From NCBI GenBank assembly GCA_007116145.1, contig SKJB01000015.1:22101-86100 (forward strand): 64,000 bases of DNA, in the 5' to 3' direction. A program made the position numbers and the translations under genes. Below are positions 19,783 to 29,400 of the stretch, piece by piece; the stretch's first letter is position 1, and every line of letters begins with the position of its first letter. A model generated the notes under the pieces. It saw only the letters and a list, made by a program, of their open reading frames with translations, was not told the DNA's origin and searched no databases. This DNA is from Limnochordia bacterium. GTDB lineage: Bacteria > Bacillota > Limnochordia > Darwinibacteriales > DTU012.

Positions 19783-20670
19783 TTGAGTGATACAATGGAT
19801 GATTATTTGATACGAGCAACAGCAGGTTCAGGTATGATCCGAGCGTTTGCCCTGCAAACAACAAGGTTAACGGATGAGGCACGACGACGACATGACTTAT
19901 ATCCTGTGGCTTCAGCAGCACTAGGGCGTACCATGACGGTAAGTCTGGTTCTTGGAGCCATGATAAAGTCAGGGTCTGTGACTGTGCAAGTTCAAGGCGA
20001 TGGAAGCCTCAAGGGAGTTCTAACGAGTGCAGATAGTGAAGGCAATGTCCGGGGGTATGTCGGTAATCCTTACGTAGATCTGCCTCTTAATGCTAAGGGT
20101 AAGCTGCCTGTGGGTGAGGCTGTGGGTGAAGGGATGCTTCATGTCATTCGTGATATGGGACTGAAAGAACCTTATCGTGGGTCTGTACCCCTTTCTAGTG
20201 GCGAAATAGGAGATGATTTTGCTTACTACTTTACGGCATCGGAACAAACACCATCTATTGTTGGAGTAGGTGTTTTGGTTAATCCAGACAGATCGATTCA
20301 GGTGGCCGGGGGGTATGTGATTCAGCTACTTCCAGGAGCCTCCGATGAGATAATTACACAGTTAGAGCAGCGAACCCCACTGCTTCCACCAGTGACTACC
20401 TTGTTATGTAAGGGGAAAAGTCCCGAAGAGATACTTCATCACCTATTAGCTGATTTTAATGTGGAAATTAAAACAAAAATGCCAGTGCATTTTGCCTGCC
20501 TTTGTACGAAAGAACGGTTAGAACAGAGTCTTATTGCCATTGGCGAGGAAGAACTGCAGACTCTGATCACAGAAGATGAGCAAGCAGAATTAGTGTGTCA
20601 CTTTTGTGAAGAACACTATTTCTTTTCCAAAGTAGAGTTGGAAGAATTGTTGCATACGCTCAAGGAATAG
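19783..20670 (+). CDS. hslO: Redox-regulated chaperone Hsp33
   Basis: Hsp33 fold motifs and a C-terminal zinc centre CxC...CxxC (FACLCTKE ... VCHFCEEHY). Confidence 0.93.
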   Translation: MSDTMDDYLIRATAGSGMIRAFALQTTRLTDEARRRHDLYPVASAALGRTMTVSLVLGAMIKSGSVTVQVQGDGSLKGVLTSADSEGNVRGYVGNPYVDLPLNAKGKLPVGEAVGEGMLHVIRDMGLKEPYRGSVPLSSGEIGDDFAYYFTASEQTPSIVGVGVLVNPDRSIQVAGGYVIQLLPGASDEIITQLEQRTPLLPPVTTLLCKGKSPEEILHHLLADFNVEIKTKMPVHFACLCTKERLEQSLIAIGEEELQTLITEDEQAELVCHFCEEHYFFSKVELEELLHTLKE

Positions 20671-20701
20671 AGTGTAGCTGAGTAAATAAGGAGGAGAGAT
20701 A

Positions 20702-23380
20702 ATGATCGGTCGTTTGCTATGGATTATAGTTATTGTTGTCCTTGTCGGTTTTGGTGTTTTAGTCGTGGGTAGCCATTTTTTTACTGATCTAATGTGGTTT
20801 CAAGCCCTAGGTTATTCGGAGTTACTTGTAAATCGTCTGTCTTGGGAATGGGGTGTCAGAATTGTGGCTTGGCTAGGATTAACAGCTTTACTTTTTGTTA
20901 ATCTTATGATCACAAAACCTGTAATTGGTCAGGCATTATGGCGAATTCCGCAAGTTAGTCAATACGTGAAGCCGAAACACCTTACGTGGGTGATGGCAGG
21001 TGTTAGTATTTTATTGGGGCTGATGTATTCGTCTGGTTTTGGACGTTTCTTTTGGGAAGTTGCCCAATTCTTTAATGCACAAACGTTTCAGGTGGTCGAT
21101 CCAATATTTGGAATGGATATAGGGTTTTTCTTTTTTCAATTACCGTTTTACCGTTTGTTAGGTAGTGCCGTGATGGGTGCTCTAATTTTGACTCTTATGA
21201 TATGCACTGGAATTTATTTTGGCGCCGGAAGTTTTTTAATTAAAGGCTTTGGCCTCGAAGTTTCAAAGCGAGCCCAAGGGCATTTATCAGCATTAGCAGG
21301 GCTTTTTGTGCTCGCAAGAGCACTATCGTATCAGTTAGATCGTTTTGAGCTTGTGTACTCACCCGTAGGTGCAGTGTTTGGCGCTGGCTACACTGATATA
21401 ACTATCCGTTTGGTGGTGCTACAGATTCTAACTGTAGTTGCTCTCGTAGTGAGTTTTCTCCTTCTCGCGCAATTATACAAGTATCGCAAATTAATGCTAG
21501 GATCCCTGGCACTATGGGTTTTCACAAGCGTAGTACTCGGAGCGATTGTACCGGGTTTAGTACAACAGTGGCTAGTGGAACCTAATGAGTTTGCTCGTGA
21601 AGAACTCTATATCGAACATCATGTTACTATGACTCGGTTAGCGTATAATATTGACAATTTTATCGAGCGGGAATTTACGGGTACAGCCCAACTAACGTGG
21701 GATGATATCCAAGCAGCCCAGCACACTATCGACAATATTCGACTCTGGGATCCTAGGGCCTTATTACAGACGTATGGACAGTTACAGAGCATGCGCTTGT
21801 ATTATCAATTTATTGATGCTGATATAGGCCGTTATTGGATCGATGGAGAATATCGCCAGGTACTAGTCTCTGCGCGAGAACTGGCTGTTGATCAAATTCA
21901 AAATCGAACTTGGATTAATGAACATTTACAGTATACACATGGCTACGGGGCTGTAGTTAGCCCTGTAAATCAAGTAACTCGCCAAGGATTACCTGATTTT
22001 TGGATCTCGGACATCCCGCCTCGTAGTACGGTGAGTTTACAGGTAACACAACCAGGAATTTATTATGGCGAACGTACGGAACAATATGTGATAGTTAATG
22101 CAAAAACCGAGGAATTCGATTTTCCTAGGGGTGATAGCAATGCCTACACAACCTATCAAGGTACTGGAGGGGTAGTGCTTTCGAGTCCGCTACACCGTTT
22201 AGCTTTTGCGTTGCGTTATGCCACAACCCGGATTTTGTTAGCCACAGATATCACCACTGAAAGTCGGATCCTATTTGATCGCAATATCAATGAGAGAGTG
22301 CGTAAAATTGCTCCTTTCTTGCGCTATGACGCCGATCCCTACCTGGTGATTTCCGAAGACGGACGCTTATTCTGGATGATAGATGCCTATACCATCTCGA
22401 ATCGCTTTCCGTACTCTCTACCCGTACGTGGATGGGGAAATTATGTGCGTAATTCTGTAAAAGTGGTAATTGATGCCTATAATGGTAGTGTTGATTTTTA
22501 CCAAGTCGATGAGGATCCATTGTTAGAGACATATAGTGCTATATTTCCAGGTTGGTTAAAGCCACTTGAAGAAATGCCGTTAGATTTGCGAGCTCATATC
22601 CGGTATCCTGAAGATTTCTTAGCACTGCAAGCTCGTTTATTTGGCACCTATCATATGACAGATCGCCGCGTTTTTTATAACCGTGAGGATGTTTGGACCT
22701 TTGCTAACGAGGTATATGCGGAAAGAGAGCAAGAGGTCGTGCCGTATTATGTAATGATGGAGTTGCCTGAAGAAGAAGGACCTGAAATGGTTCTGATGTT
22801 ACCCTTTACTCCGGCAAGAAGAAATAATCTCGTTGCTTGGTTAGCTGCTCGTAATGACGGTGAAAACTACGGAGAAGTGATGGTGTACCGCTTCCCCAAG
22901 GAATCCCTGACACTCGGGCCGTCTCAGATTGAAGCTCGAATCGATCAGGATTCTGATATTTCTCAGTTGCTTACCCTGTGGGGGCAGAGAGGGAGTCAGG
23001 TAATCCGTGGTAATTTATTGGTTTTACCCGTTGGTGAGGGTTTAATCTATGTCGAACCTCTTTATTTACAGTCTGAACAAAGCAGTATGCCCCAATTACA
23101 GAGGGTAATTGTCGCACATCAAGACGACATTGTGATGGCAGAAACCCTTGAATTAGCATTGCAACAGTTATTTGGCGTCCGACCAGTAGTACCCCAACTC
23201 TTGGATGAATCTGATTTAGAGCCTCTGACTCCTCCTGCCAGCTTCTTCGGTGAGGGAGGAAATGAAGCGTATGAATTATATCAAGACGCTCAAGAAGCGC
23301 TACGAGTAGGCGATTTTGCGGCATTTGGTCGTGCTTGGGAACAACTAGAAGAGATACTAATTAAACTGATCAGGGAATAA
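20702..23380 (+). CDS. UPF0182 family large membrane protein
   Basis: 892 aa. About seven N-terminal TM segments are followed by a large soluble region with motifs recalled from UPF0182/COG1615 proteins (LWDPRAL, YTHGYG, RYPEDF, GNLLVLPV, YVEPLYLQ). Confidence 0.8.
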   Translation: MIGRLLWIIVIVVLVGFGVLVVGSHFFTDLMWFQALGYSELLVNRLSWEWGVRIVAWLGLTALLFVNLMITKPVIGQALWRIPQVSQYVKPKHLTWVMAGVSILLGLMYSSGFGRFFWEVAQFFNAQTFQVVDPIFGMDIGFFFFQLPFYRLLGSAVMGALILTLMICTGIYFGAGSFLIKGFGLEVSKRAQGHLSALAGLFVLARALSYQLDRFELVYSPVGAVFGAGYTDITIRLVVLQILTVVALVVSFLLLAQLYKYRKLMLGSLALWVFTSVVLGAIVPGLVQQWLVEPNEFAREELYIEHHVTMTRLAYNIDNFIEREFTGTAQLTWDDIQAAQHTIDNIRLWDPRALLQTYGQLQSMRLYYQFIDADIGRYWIDGEYRQVLVSARELAVDQIQNRTWINEHLQYTHGYGAVVSPVNQVTRQGLPDFWISDIPPRSTVSLQVTQPGIYYGERTEQYVIVNAKTEEFDFPRGDSNAYTTYQGTGGVVLSSPLHRLAFALRYATTRILLATDITTESRILFDRNINERVRKIAPFLRYDADPYLVISEDGRLFWMIDAYTISNRFPYSLPVRGWGNYVRNSVKVVIDAYNGSVDFYQVDEDPLLETYSAIFPGWLKPLEEMPLDLRAHIRYPEDFLALQARLFGTYHMTDRRVFYNREDVWTFANEVYAEREQEVVPYYVMMELPEEEGPEMVLMLPFTPARRNNLVAWLAARNDGENYGEVMVYRFPKESLTLGPSQIEARIDQDSDISQLLTLWGQRGSQVIRGNLLVLPVGEGLIYVEPLYLQSEQSSMPQLQRVIVAHQDDIVMAETLELALQQLFGVRPVVPQLLDESDLEPLTPPASFFGEGGNEAYELYQDAQEALRVGDFAAFGRAWEQLEEILIKLIRE

Positions 23381-23425
23381 TTGGTACTTCCTATCGCATA
23401 TATTTCTGCGAAAGGGGGCACTAAA

Positions 23426-24205
23426 TTGGCGAGAGTGCGAAAAAAAGAAAAGAACGGTCCAGGTCTGTTATTTATTTTAGTTACGTTAGTTGTGGTGGCA
23501 GTCATTGGCGCTAGGTTCTTTGGTTTTTATCCCGAAGAGCAAAAAGGAACCGAGTCTCCAGAAGCACCTGGGGTGGAGCAACCAAAGACACCGCTAGGGA
23601 CACATGGTCAACGTAAACCGAGTGTATTAGTTTTTCACAGTCATGCAACAGAGAATTACAAGCCAAATGCTAGTCATCGACGAGGTGGGGAAATCGGAGA
23701 CATCGTCGAGGTCGGCAAAGTTTTTGTCGACACCTTGGAGAAGAGTGGGGTTATGGTAATCCATGACCTAACTGTTCACGATAAACCCCGGTATAGCGAT
23801 GCATTTATCAATTCTGCAAAGATGGTCGAAGCTGCATTAGGTGAAAATGATCAGATTCAGATGGTGCTCGACATTCATCGTGATGGGTTACAAGATAAGC
23901 CCGAAGGTTTTACAACCGTCACAGTAAATGGGCAAGAAGTAGCAAAAATTCTGTTTGTAATTGGTGATAAAGACAATCTAAACATGAAAGATAATATGGC
24001 ATTTGCGCAAAGTCTGAGTGATGCACTTGAAGCAAAGTACCCAGGGGTCACTCGTGGGGTGCGAGTGTTCAAATCAAATTATAGTGGACAGTTGCATCCA
24101 AATAGCGTCATGGTAGTAATCGGAGACTGGGAAGGAAACAGCATAGAGCAAGCAAAAGCGAGTGCACATTTGTTAGCAGATGTGGTAGCAACACTGATTA
24201 GATAA
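23426..24205 (+). CDS. spoIIP: Stage II sporulation protein P (engulfment amidase/endopeptidase)
   Basis: TM segment followed by the VLVFHSHATENY motif and DIHRDG, typical of SpoIIP. TTG 23426 follows AAAGGGGG. The ORF track starts at 23381. Confidence 0.85.
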   Translation: MARVRKKEKNGPGLLFILVTLVVVAVIGARFFGFYPEEQKGTESPEAPGVEQPKTPLGTHGQRKPSVLVFHSHATENYKPNASHRRGGEIGDIVEVGKVFVDTLEKSGVMVIHDLTVHDKPRYSDAFINSAKMVEAALGENDQIQMVLDIHRDGLQDKPEGFTTVTVNGQEVAKILFVIGDKDNLNMKDNMAFAQSLSDALEAKYPGVTRGVRVFKSNYSGQLHPNSVMVVIGDWEGNSIEQAKASAHLLADVVATLIR

Positions 24206-24221
24206 GCAAGTATGTAAGTGC

Positions 24222-24254
24222 GTGAGGCAGGTCAGAGTGGCCTGCCTCACTTTG
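24222..24254 (+). terminator. Hairpin after spoIIP
   Basis: Perfect 10-bp stem GTGAGGCAGG / CCTGCCTCAC with a 9-nt loop. The T-run is short (TTTG), so this is a weaker call. Confidence 0.6.
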
Positions 24255-24327
24255 TCTCATAATCCAATTCCATTTGGGGGATATTAGCAAGTATAGTACT
24301 ATTGAGATTGGTGTAAAAGGGAGTGTT

Positions 24328-25689
24328 ATGATCATGAAGCAACAAATCCATTTTATTGGCATCGGAGGCACAGGGATGGGTCCGTTAGCTAAAGTTTATC
24401 TTGAGATGGGGTGGGATGTGAGTGGGTCCGATCTTCAGCCATCGGAAACAACCCAATACCTAACAGAGCTTGGTGCCCAGGTATATTTCGGACACGAGGC
24501 TAGTAATATAAACGGTGCACAGCGAGTCGTTTATTCAACAGCAATCCCCCAAGACAACCCCGAAGTATTGGCTGCCAAAACACGAAATCTTGAAGTGTAT
24601 CATCGCTCAGAAATGTGGGCGCAGCTTCTCAATGAACGTAGAGGGATTGCTGTGGGTGGAGCTCACGGAAAAACAACCACAACCTCTATGATAGCTTGGG
24701 TGATGGAGGAGTCTGGTTATGATCCTGTAGTGCTAATTGGGGCTAGATTTGCACCTTTTGGTCCAGGGGCTAAATTTGGTAATGGACAATATGCTGTTGC
24801 CGAAGCTGACGAAAGCGATCGGAGCTTTTTGCGTTATTATCCGGAAATGGCTATTGTTACGGGTATTGAAGCCGATCATTTGGAGAATTACAATGGAGCG
24901 TTTCAAGAACTGATCGATACATACCAAGATTTTTTGCGAAATATTAAGCCATCAGGTAAAGCGGTACTATGTATAGATGATACTGAGGTTCGGAAAATAG
25001 CAGCGAATTATCAAAACATGATATCCTATGGTTTTAGTGATGATGCAAACTGGCGAGCAGAGATAATTGATATACAGGCTAACCAGTCAACGTTTGATGT
25101 GCTGCATGACGGTAAGCTATATGGGCGGTTTCAGCTTGGTGTGCCAGGGCGTCACAATATCACTAACGCACTCGCAGCTATTGCAGTGTGTTATTGGTCA
25201 GGCCTTACTGTGCAACAGATCAAGGAGCCCTTAGCATCGTTTACAGGAGCACAACGCAGATTTCAAATACTAGGAGAAAAGCAGAATATAATTGTCGTAG
25301 ATGACTATGCTCACCATCCCACAGAGATAGCAGCTACTTTAGGGGCAACAAAAGAAGGGTGGAAGCGCCGTGTTATCGCAGTATTCCAACCCCAACGATA
25401 TAGTCGTACTAAGTTTTTGTTTGATGAGTTCGCTCGAGTATTTTCTGATGCAGACATTGTTGTGCTGACTGATATTTACTCACCACCACCAGAGCAGCCG
25501 ATTAATGGGATTAACTCTGAAATACTTGCACAGCGAATCCGTGAGCAAGGCAAGATTGTCCACTATGTTGCAAACAGAGAAGATGTAGCACCATTTGTTC
25601 ATAAACTTGCACTACCAAATGACTTTGTCATTACTATGGGAGCAGGTCCGATATGGAAATCAGCTCGTGAGCTATTCGATTTGCTTTAA
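24328..25689 (+). CDS. murC: UDP-N-acetylmuramate--L-alanine ligase
   Basis: IHFIGIGGTGMGPLA Rossmann N-terminus, GAHGKTTTTSM P-loop and DDYAHHPTEI. Start taken at ATG 24328. Confidence 0.95.
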   Translation: MIMKQQIHFIGIGGTGMGPLAKVYLEMGWDVSGSDLQPSETTQYLTELGAQVYFGHEASNINGAQRVVYSTAIPQDNPEVLAAKTRNLEVYHRSEMWAQLLNERRGIAVGGAHGKTTTTSMIAWVMEESGYDPVVLIGARFAPFGPGAKFGNGQYAVAEADESDRSFLRYYPEMAIVTGIEADHLENYNGAFQELIDTYQDFLRNIKPSGKAVLCIDDTEVRKIAANYQNMISYGFSDDANWRAEIIDIQANQSTFDVLHDGKLYGRFQLGVPGRHNITNALAAIAVCYWSGLTVQQIKEPLASFTGAQRRFQILGEKQNIIVVDDYAHHPTEIAATLGATKEGWKRRVIAVFQPQRYSRTKFLFDEFARVFSDADIVVLTDIYSPPPEQPINGINSEILAQRIREQGKIVHYVANREDVAPFVHKLALPNDFVITMGAGPIWKSARELFDLL

Positions 25690-26585
25690 GCCATATTTTC
25701 TAGAAAATCCCATTGATTACTGACTGGATCATAGATAATCTGCTTTACTTTTTCACTCTGACCAACCTGCATCATTCGATAATCAAACTTTGGTAGATAT
25801 AAGAATGCACCGCGTAGAGGGCGGATTTGCACTCTCGGTCGAGCTCGTTCCATTAATTCTGTAATTCTTTGGTTACGCTCTGCAGATTCTGGGCTGTCCT
25901 TAAAGTAGTCTTCTAATCGTTGTTGCTCCTCCATTAGTGTCTCGTTGGCAGTTTTTGCCCATCCTGAATTCGCGTATTGTAGTTCGTTCGTTAACTCTTT
26001 TTGCACACAGCGATACGCTTGTTTGAAGCTTAATTTTCGTTTGTAGATCTCCTGATCGGTTGGGGCTCCTTGTTCAATTAACTCCGCGGGTATTTCATGA
26101 CTGACGACCTTACCGCTAGATAAGTCTACTAGGACTTTGCGTACTTCTTCTTTTTTTTCATACGCTAAATAAGTGAGACGTAGAGTAAACCAAAAATAGG
26201 GTCCGAATTTGCATTTATGATCTAACACATACCATCGAAAACCTGGTTGATATAGGGATAGCTTTTCGATCAGTTTTCGCCGAATAACGGGTTCGTAGAA
26301 AATATCATGGGAGACCGAACCAGACGAAATGATTGCTTGTTTTTGGATAACCTGAATAATCGAGTCTAACCTGTAGCTTCCAGAGCTAATTAACTCAGCG
26401 CCATAAGTTTCGGCTAATTTTTTGTCAAATGTAAATTGGAAGAGCCCCCCTTTGGCTCTCCAGCCATCAAGTTCTTTGGCCAACTCATCAGTGATCTGGA
26501 TTTGAAAGATTCCCCGGCGAATCTCTATCGGTTTCATTGTACATAGTTCAAAAAAACGAAAGACTAAATCACTAACTGCTGACAT
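25686..26585 (-). CDS. YqhG-family protein of unknown function, co-operonic with the SNF2 helicase
   Basis: It starts 9 nt after the helicase stop and has its own GGGTGG SD. The overall pattern resembles my recollection of Bacillus YqhG, which sits next to the SNF2 protein YqhH: a GSYRL region, a WAK...E-rich helix and a terminal FLYLP. The family call is from memory only. Confidence 0.6.
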   Translation of the reverse strand: MSAVSDLVFRFFELCTMKPIEIRRGIFQIQITDELAKELDGWRAKGGLFQFTFDKKLAETYGAELISSGSYRLDSIIQVIQKQAIISSGSVSHDIFYEPVIRRKLIEKLSLYQPGFRWYVLDHKCKFGPYFWFTLRLTYLAYEKKEEVRKVLVDLSSGKVVSHEIPAELIEQGAPTDQEIYKRKLSFKQAYRCVQKELTNELQYANSGWAKTANETLMEEQQRLEDYFKDSPESAERNQRITELMERARPRVQIRPLRGAFLYLPKFDYRMMQVGQSEKVKQIIYDPVSNQWDFLENMA

Positions 26586-26594
26586 AAGACCACC

Positions 26595-28388
26595 CTAGTA
26601 AACGTTCCAATTCAGTTCTTCTACGGAGGAACGCCCTTTTAGAATTTTTTCTCCAAGTTTTTCTAACTGATCGCGTATTTGTTCTTGTTCCTCATACTTA
26701 AGAAAGATGTCCATTAACTGACCCTCAAAGGATTTATCAATTTTTAAGTGTAGTAAAATGGCATCGAGCTCTCCGAGTACCATTTTAAACATATTAATTT
26801 TCTGGTGCAGAAGATACATGATGTGTTCTTCGATGGTGTTTTTGGTAATTAGATTATAAATATGAACATCGCGAGTTTGTCCGAGTCGGTGGACACGGCC
26901 GATCCGTTGTTCTAAACGCATTGGATTCCAGGGTAAGTCATAGTTAATAATTTGATTACAGAACTGGAAATTTAGGCCTTCACCCCCAGATTCGGTACTC
27001 ACTAAGATCTGACCTTCGCGTTGAAACATGTATTTTATCCACTGTTTGCGTCCTCGCGATAGAGAACCATCAAAACCCATCGTTTGAATTCCTAGCTTCT
27101 CAAGGCGAAAGCGAATATATTCTTGAGACGCTCGGTATTCTGTAAAGATTATTAGTTTATCATCAATCTTCGTTACTAGTTTTTCTAGAAGATCACACTT
27201 ACTATTCGTTTGTACCTTTAGAGCTTCTTCCATCAACTTGACAACCGTTGATTCTTCCCCTAGGTTATATTTCTTATACATTTTCTCCAATGTTAAACCT
27301 GTCGCATAGAAGCTGCTACACACTTCTCGTTGTAAGGTAATCAAAGGCAGAATATTTTTTTGGAATGGAGCTAGCTGACTAGCTGATCGGATCAATTTTG
27401 TTATTTGATCATACAATTGCCGCTCTTTCGGTGATAGTTCAACAACAATCGGATGCACATGCCGTGCGGTAAATTGCACGGTGCCTTCACCTCTACGATT
27501 ACGAATAAGCACACCCGAGAGCAGTTCTTTCAGTTCATCTGGGTTTTTTGGTGTGCGTTTGTCCACAATAAACTTCGTTTTAAAAGCTCGATAGCTTCCA
27601 AGCTGACCTGGTTTGAGAACAGTAATAAGATTATATAATTCCTTAAGATCATTTTGAATGGGAGTTGCTGTTAGCATTAGACAATATTTTTTTTGGAGCG
27701 AATTAACCAGTTTCCAACTAGCCGTGGTATTGCTTTTTAACTTATGAGCCTCAGCGATTATTAACATATCGTAAGGAATCTTGCGTATGATCCCAGCATG
27801 AGGCTCTCTTTTTGCTGTATCAATCGATGCGATTAAGATGTCAGCGTGTTCCCAATCCCATTCACTGCGTTGAATCGCAGGTTGAATCTTAAACTTCTCA
27901 TACAACTCTTGATACCACTGCCAACACAGGGATGCAGGAGTTAAGATCAACACTCGTTTTACAAGACTACGTAGTAAGTATTCTTTGAGAATCATTCCTG
28001 CTTCAATCGTTTTTCCTAAACCCACTTCATCAGCGAGAATCGCTTGACCGCGTAATTCTTTTAAGACCCGCTCGGCTGTTTTAATCTGATGAGGATAGGC
28101 AATCACACCTGCATGTTTCCAGTGTTCAGCTAAATGCTCGACACAAAGGAGTTCGGAAAATCCATGGGTTAAGGACAGTTCATCTGCATGCTGCGCTAGA
28201 CAGAACCAACCCCAGTCGTCATATTGTTTTTTGCGGATTTCACGCACAATTTTTTTAAGTCCAGATAAGGAAAATTCTACCGAAAAGTCGATCATATTAA
28301 TGGGTTCAAGAAATACTTCTTGTTTATCTTCTAGTAGCTCCTGGCTATTGTAGTTGATTAAAGGTATGATCAAGGACGGATCAAGCAA
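26595..28388 (-). CDS. SNF2-family helicase/ATPase (YqhH/RapA-like)
   Basis: Motif I ADEVGLGKT, motif III LTATPIQN, motif V STESGGEGLNFQ and motif VI WNPMRLEQRIGRVHRLGQ. Motif II reads AEAH, not DEAH. TTG start with a GGGGG SD. Confidence 0.9.
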   Translation of the reverse strand: MLDPSLIIPLINYNSQELLEDKQEVFLEPINMIDFSVEFSLSGLKKIVREIRKKQYDDWGWFCLAQHADELSLTHGFSELLCVEHLAEHWKHAGVIAYPHQIKTAERVLKELRGQAILADEVGLGKTIEAGMILKEYLLRSLVKRVLILTPASLCWQWYQELYEKFKIQPAIQRSEWDWEHADILIASIDTAKREPHAGIIRKIPYDMLIIAEAHKLKSNTTASWKLVNSLQKKYCLMLTATPIQNDLKELYNLITVLKPGQLGSYRAFKTKFIVDKRTPKNPDELKELLSGVLIRNRRGEGTVQFTARHVHPIVVELSPKERQLYDQITKLIRSASQLAPFQKNILPLITLQREVCSSFYATGLTLEKMYKKYNLGEESTVVKLMEEALKVQTNSKCDLLEKLVTKIDDKLIIFTEYRASQEYIRFRLEKLGIQTMGFDGSLSRGRKQWIKYMFQREGQILVSTESGGEGLNFQFCNQIINYDLPWNPMRLEQRIGRVHRLGQTRDVHIYNLITKNTIEEHIMYLLHQKINMFKMVLGELDAILLHLKIDKSFEGQLMDIFLKYEEQEQIRDQLEKLGEKILKGRSSVEELNWNVY

Positions 28389-28489
28389 CTGTATACCCCC
28401 TTAGTGGTTTTTTTCTTAGCTTTACCAATCGTGTATAGTTTATCCTTGCAGGAATAGAATTAGGGTTAGTTTGCCAGAGAATCAATCAC

Positions 28490-29380
28490 TCAACCATGGT
28501 ATTTTCTCTTTTCTAATTCGATAAAGACTAAGAATCCAAGAAATGTTGCTCCTAACAGTAAAAAAGGTATGGGAATTGTCGTTATTTCATAGAGAGGAGA
28601 TAGCCGGGTGAGCAAGTAGATGCCAGGTATAACAGCGCTGACACCATGCATTAGAGGGAGCGCTTGGACGGATGATTGTGTAGAGACTGAAATCGGCGTC
28701 CAAAATGAGTATGGAAAGCTACCAAGCTTAATCCCAGCTCCGATAAAAATAATCGTCAGTGCTGCAGTCGTCATGGTAGGGGATAGTGTGGATGCAAGCT
28801 GCGCTAGTTGACTAAAGTTGCTCATCTGTTGTGATGACCACAGAGCAAAACCTGAACCTAACATGAAAAAACTTGAAGCCTGCAAAAGCAAAAAGACTTT
28901 CCAGTCATGCTCATCAGTTTTGCTGTTCTTCCATGTTTGGCCATAGAGAACACCAAAGTCTAATAATAGCCACAGTACAAGAGCGATAATTAAACTATCA
29001 GAGAGGAGAAAAGCTGATAAAAACAGGGTTAAAAGGGGGAAGGATAAGTATGCCAAAAAACCATCCTGACCATCCTTTAGAAGAGGGGATGTAAGAATGG
29101 TTTGCCAGCAGACAGCAGAAACAATAAGTAAAGTTGCAGCTGTTAGTTTATCGGCGTAAAGACCAAAGCGAAAAAAATAAAGATTGGTCTGGTAGACCAG
29201 TGCACGTTCTGTTAGTGTTACTAATAGAAAGAAGCTATAACTAAAAAATAACCCATAGATAAATGTAGATGGCACACTCGAATATAATGGAATTATTCGA
29301 TGAAAAAAAGGAAGTGCTAACGTTGTAACTAGTGGCATAACAAAAACGAACCAAGGTGCATAAATCAATGTTAATTCCAT
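28490..29380 (-). CDS. Shortened, divergent Nuo/Mrp antiporter-like membrane protein (about half the length of NuoL/MrpD)
   Basis: About 8-9 TM segments. FRFGLYADKLTAATLLIVSAV resembles the NuoL/ND5 'F.L..D.LS' TM3 region. GAGIKLGSFPYSFWTPISVSTQSSVQALPLMHGVSAVIPGIYLLTRL resembles G.[37 protein letters not shown]. ATG 29380 follows GAGGTG, 20 nt after the atpH stop. Confidence 0.5.
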   Translation of the reverse strand: MELTLIYAPWFVFVMPLVTTLALPFFHRIIPLYSSVPSTFIYGLFFSYSFFLLVTLTERALVYQTNLYFFRFGLYADKLTAATLLIVSAVCWQTILTSPLLKDGQDGFLAYLSFPLLTLFLSAFLLSDSLIIALVLWLLLDFGVLYGQTWKNSKTDEHDWKVFLLLQASSFFMLGSGFALWSSQQMSNFSQLAQLASTLSPTMTTAALTIIFIGAGIKLGSFPYSFWTPISVSTQSSVQALPLMHGVSAVIPGIYLLTRLSPLYEITTIPIPFLLLGATFLGFLVFIELEKRKYHG

Positions 29381-29400
29381 GGTGCTCACCTCTGACAAGC

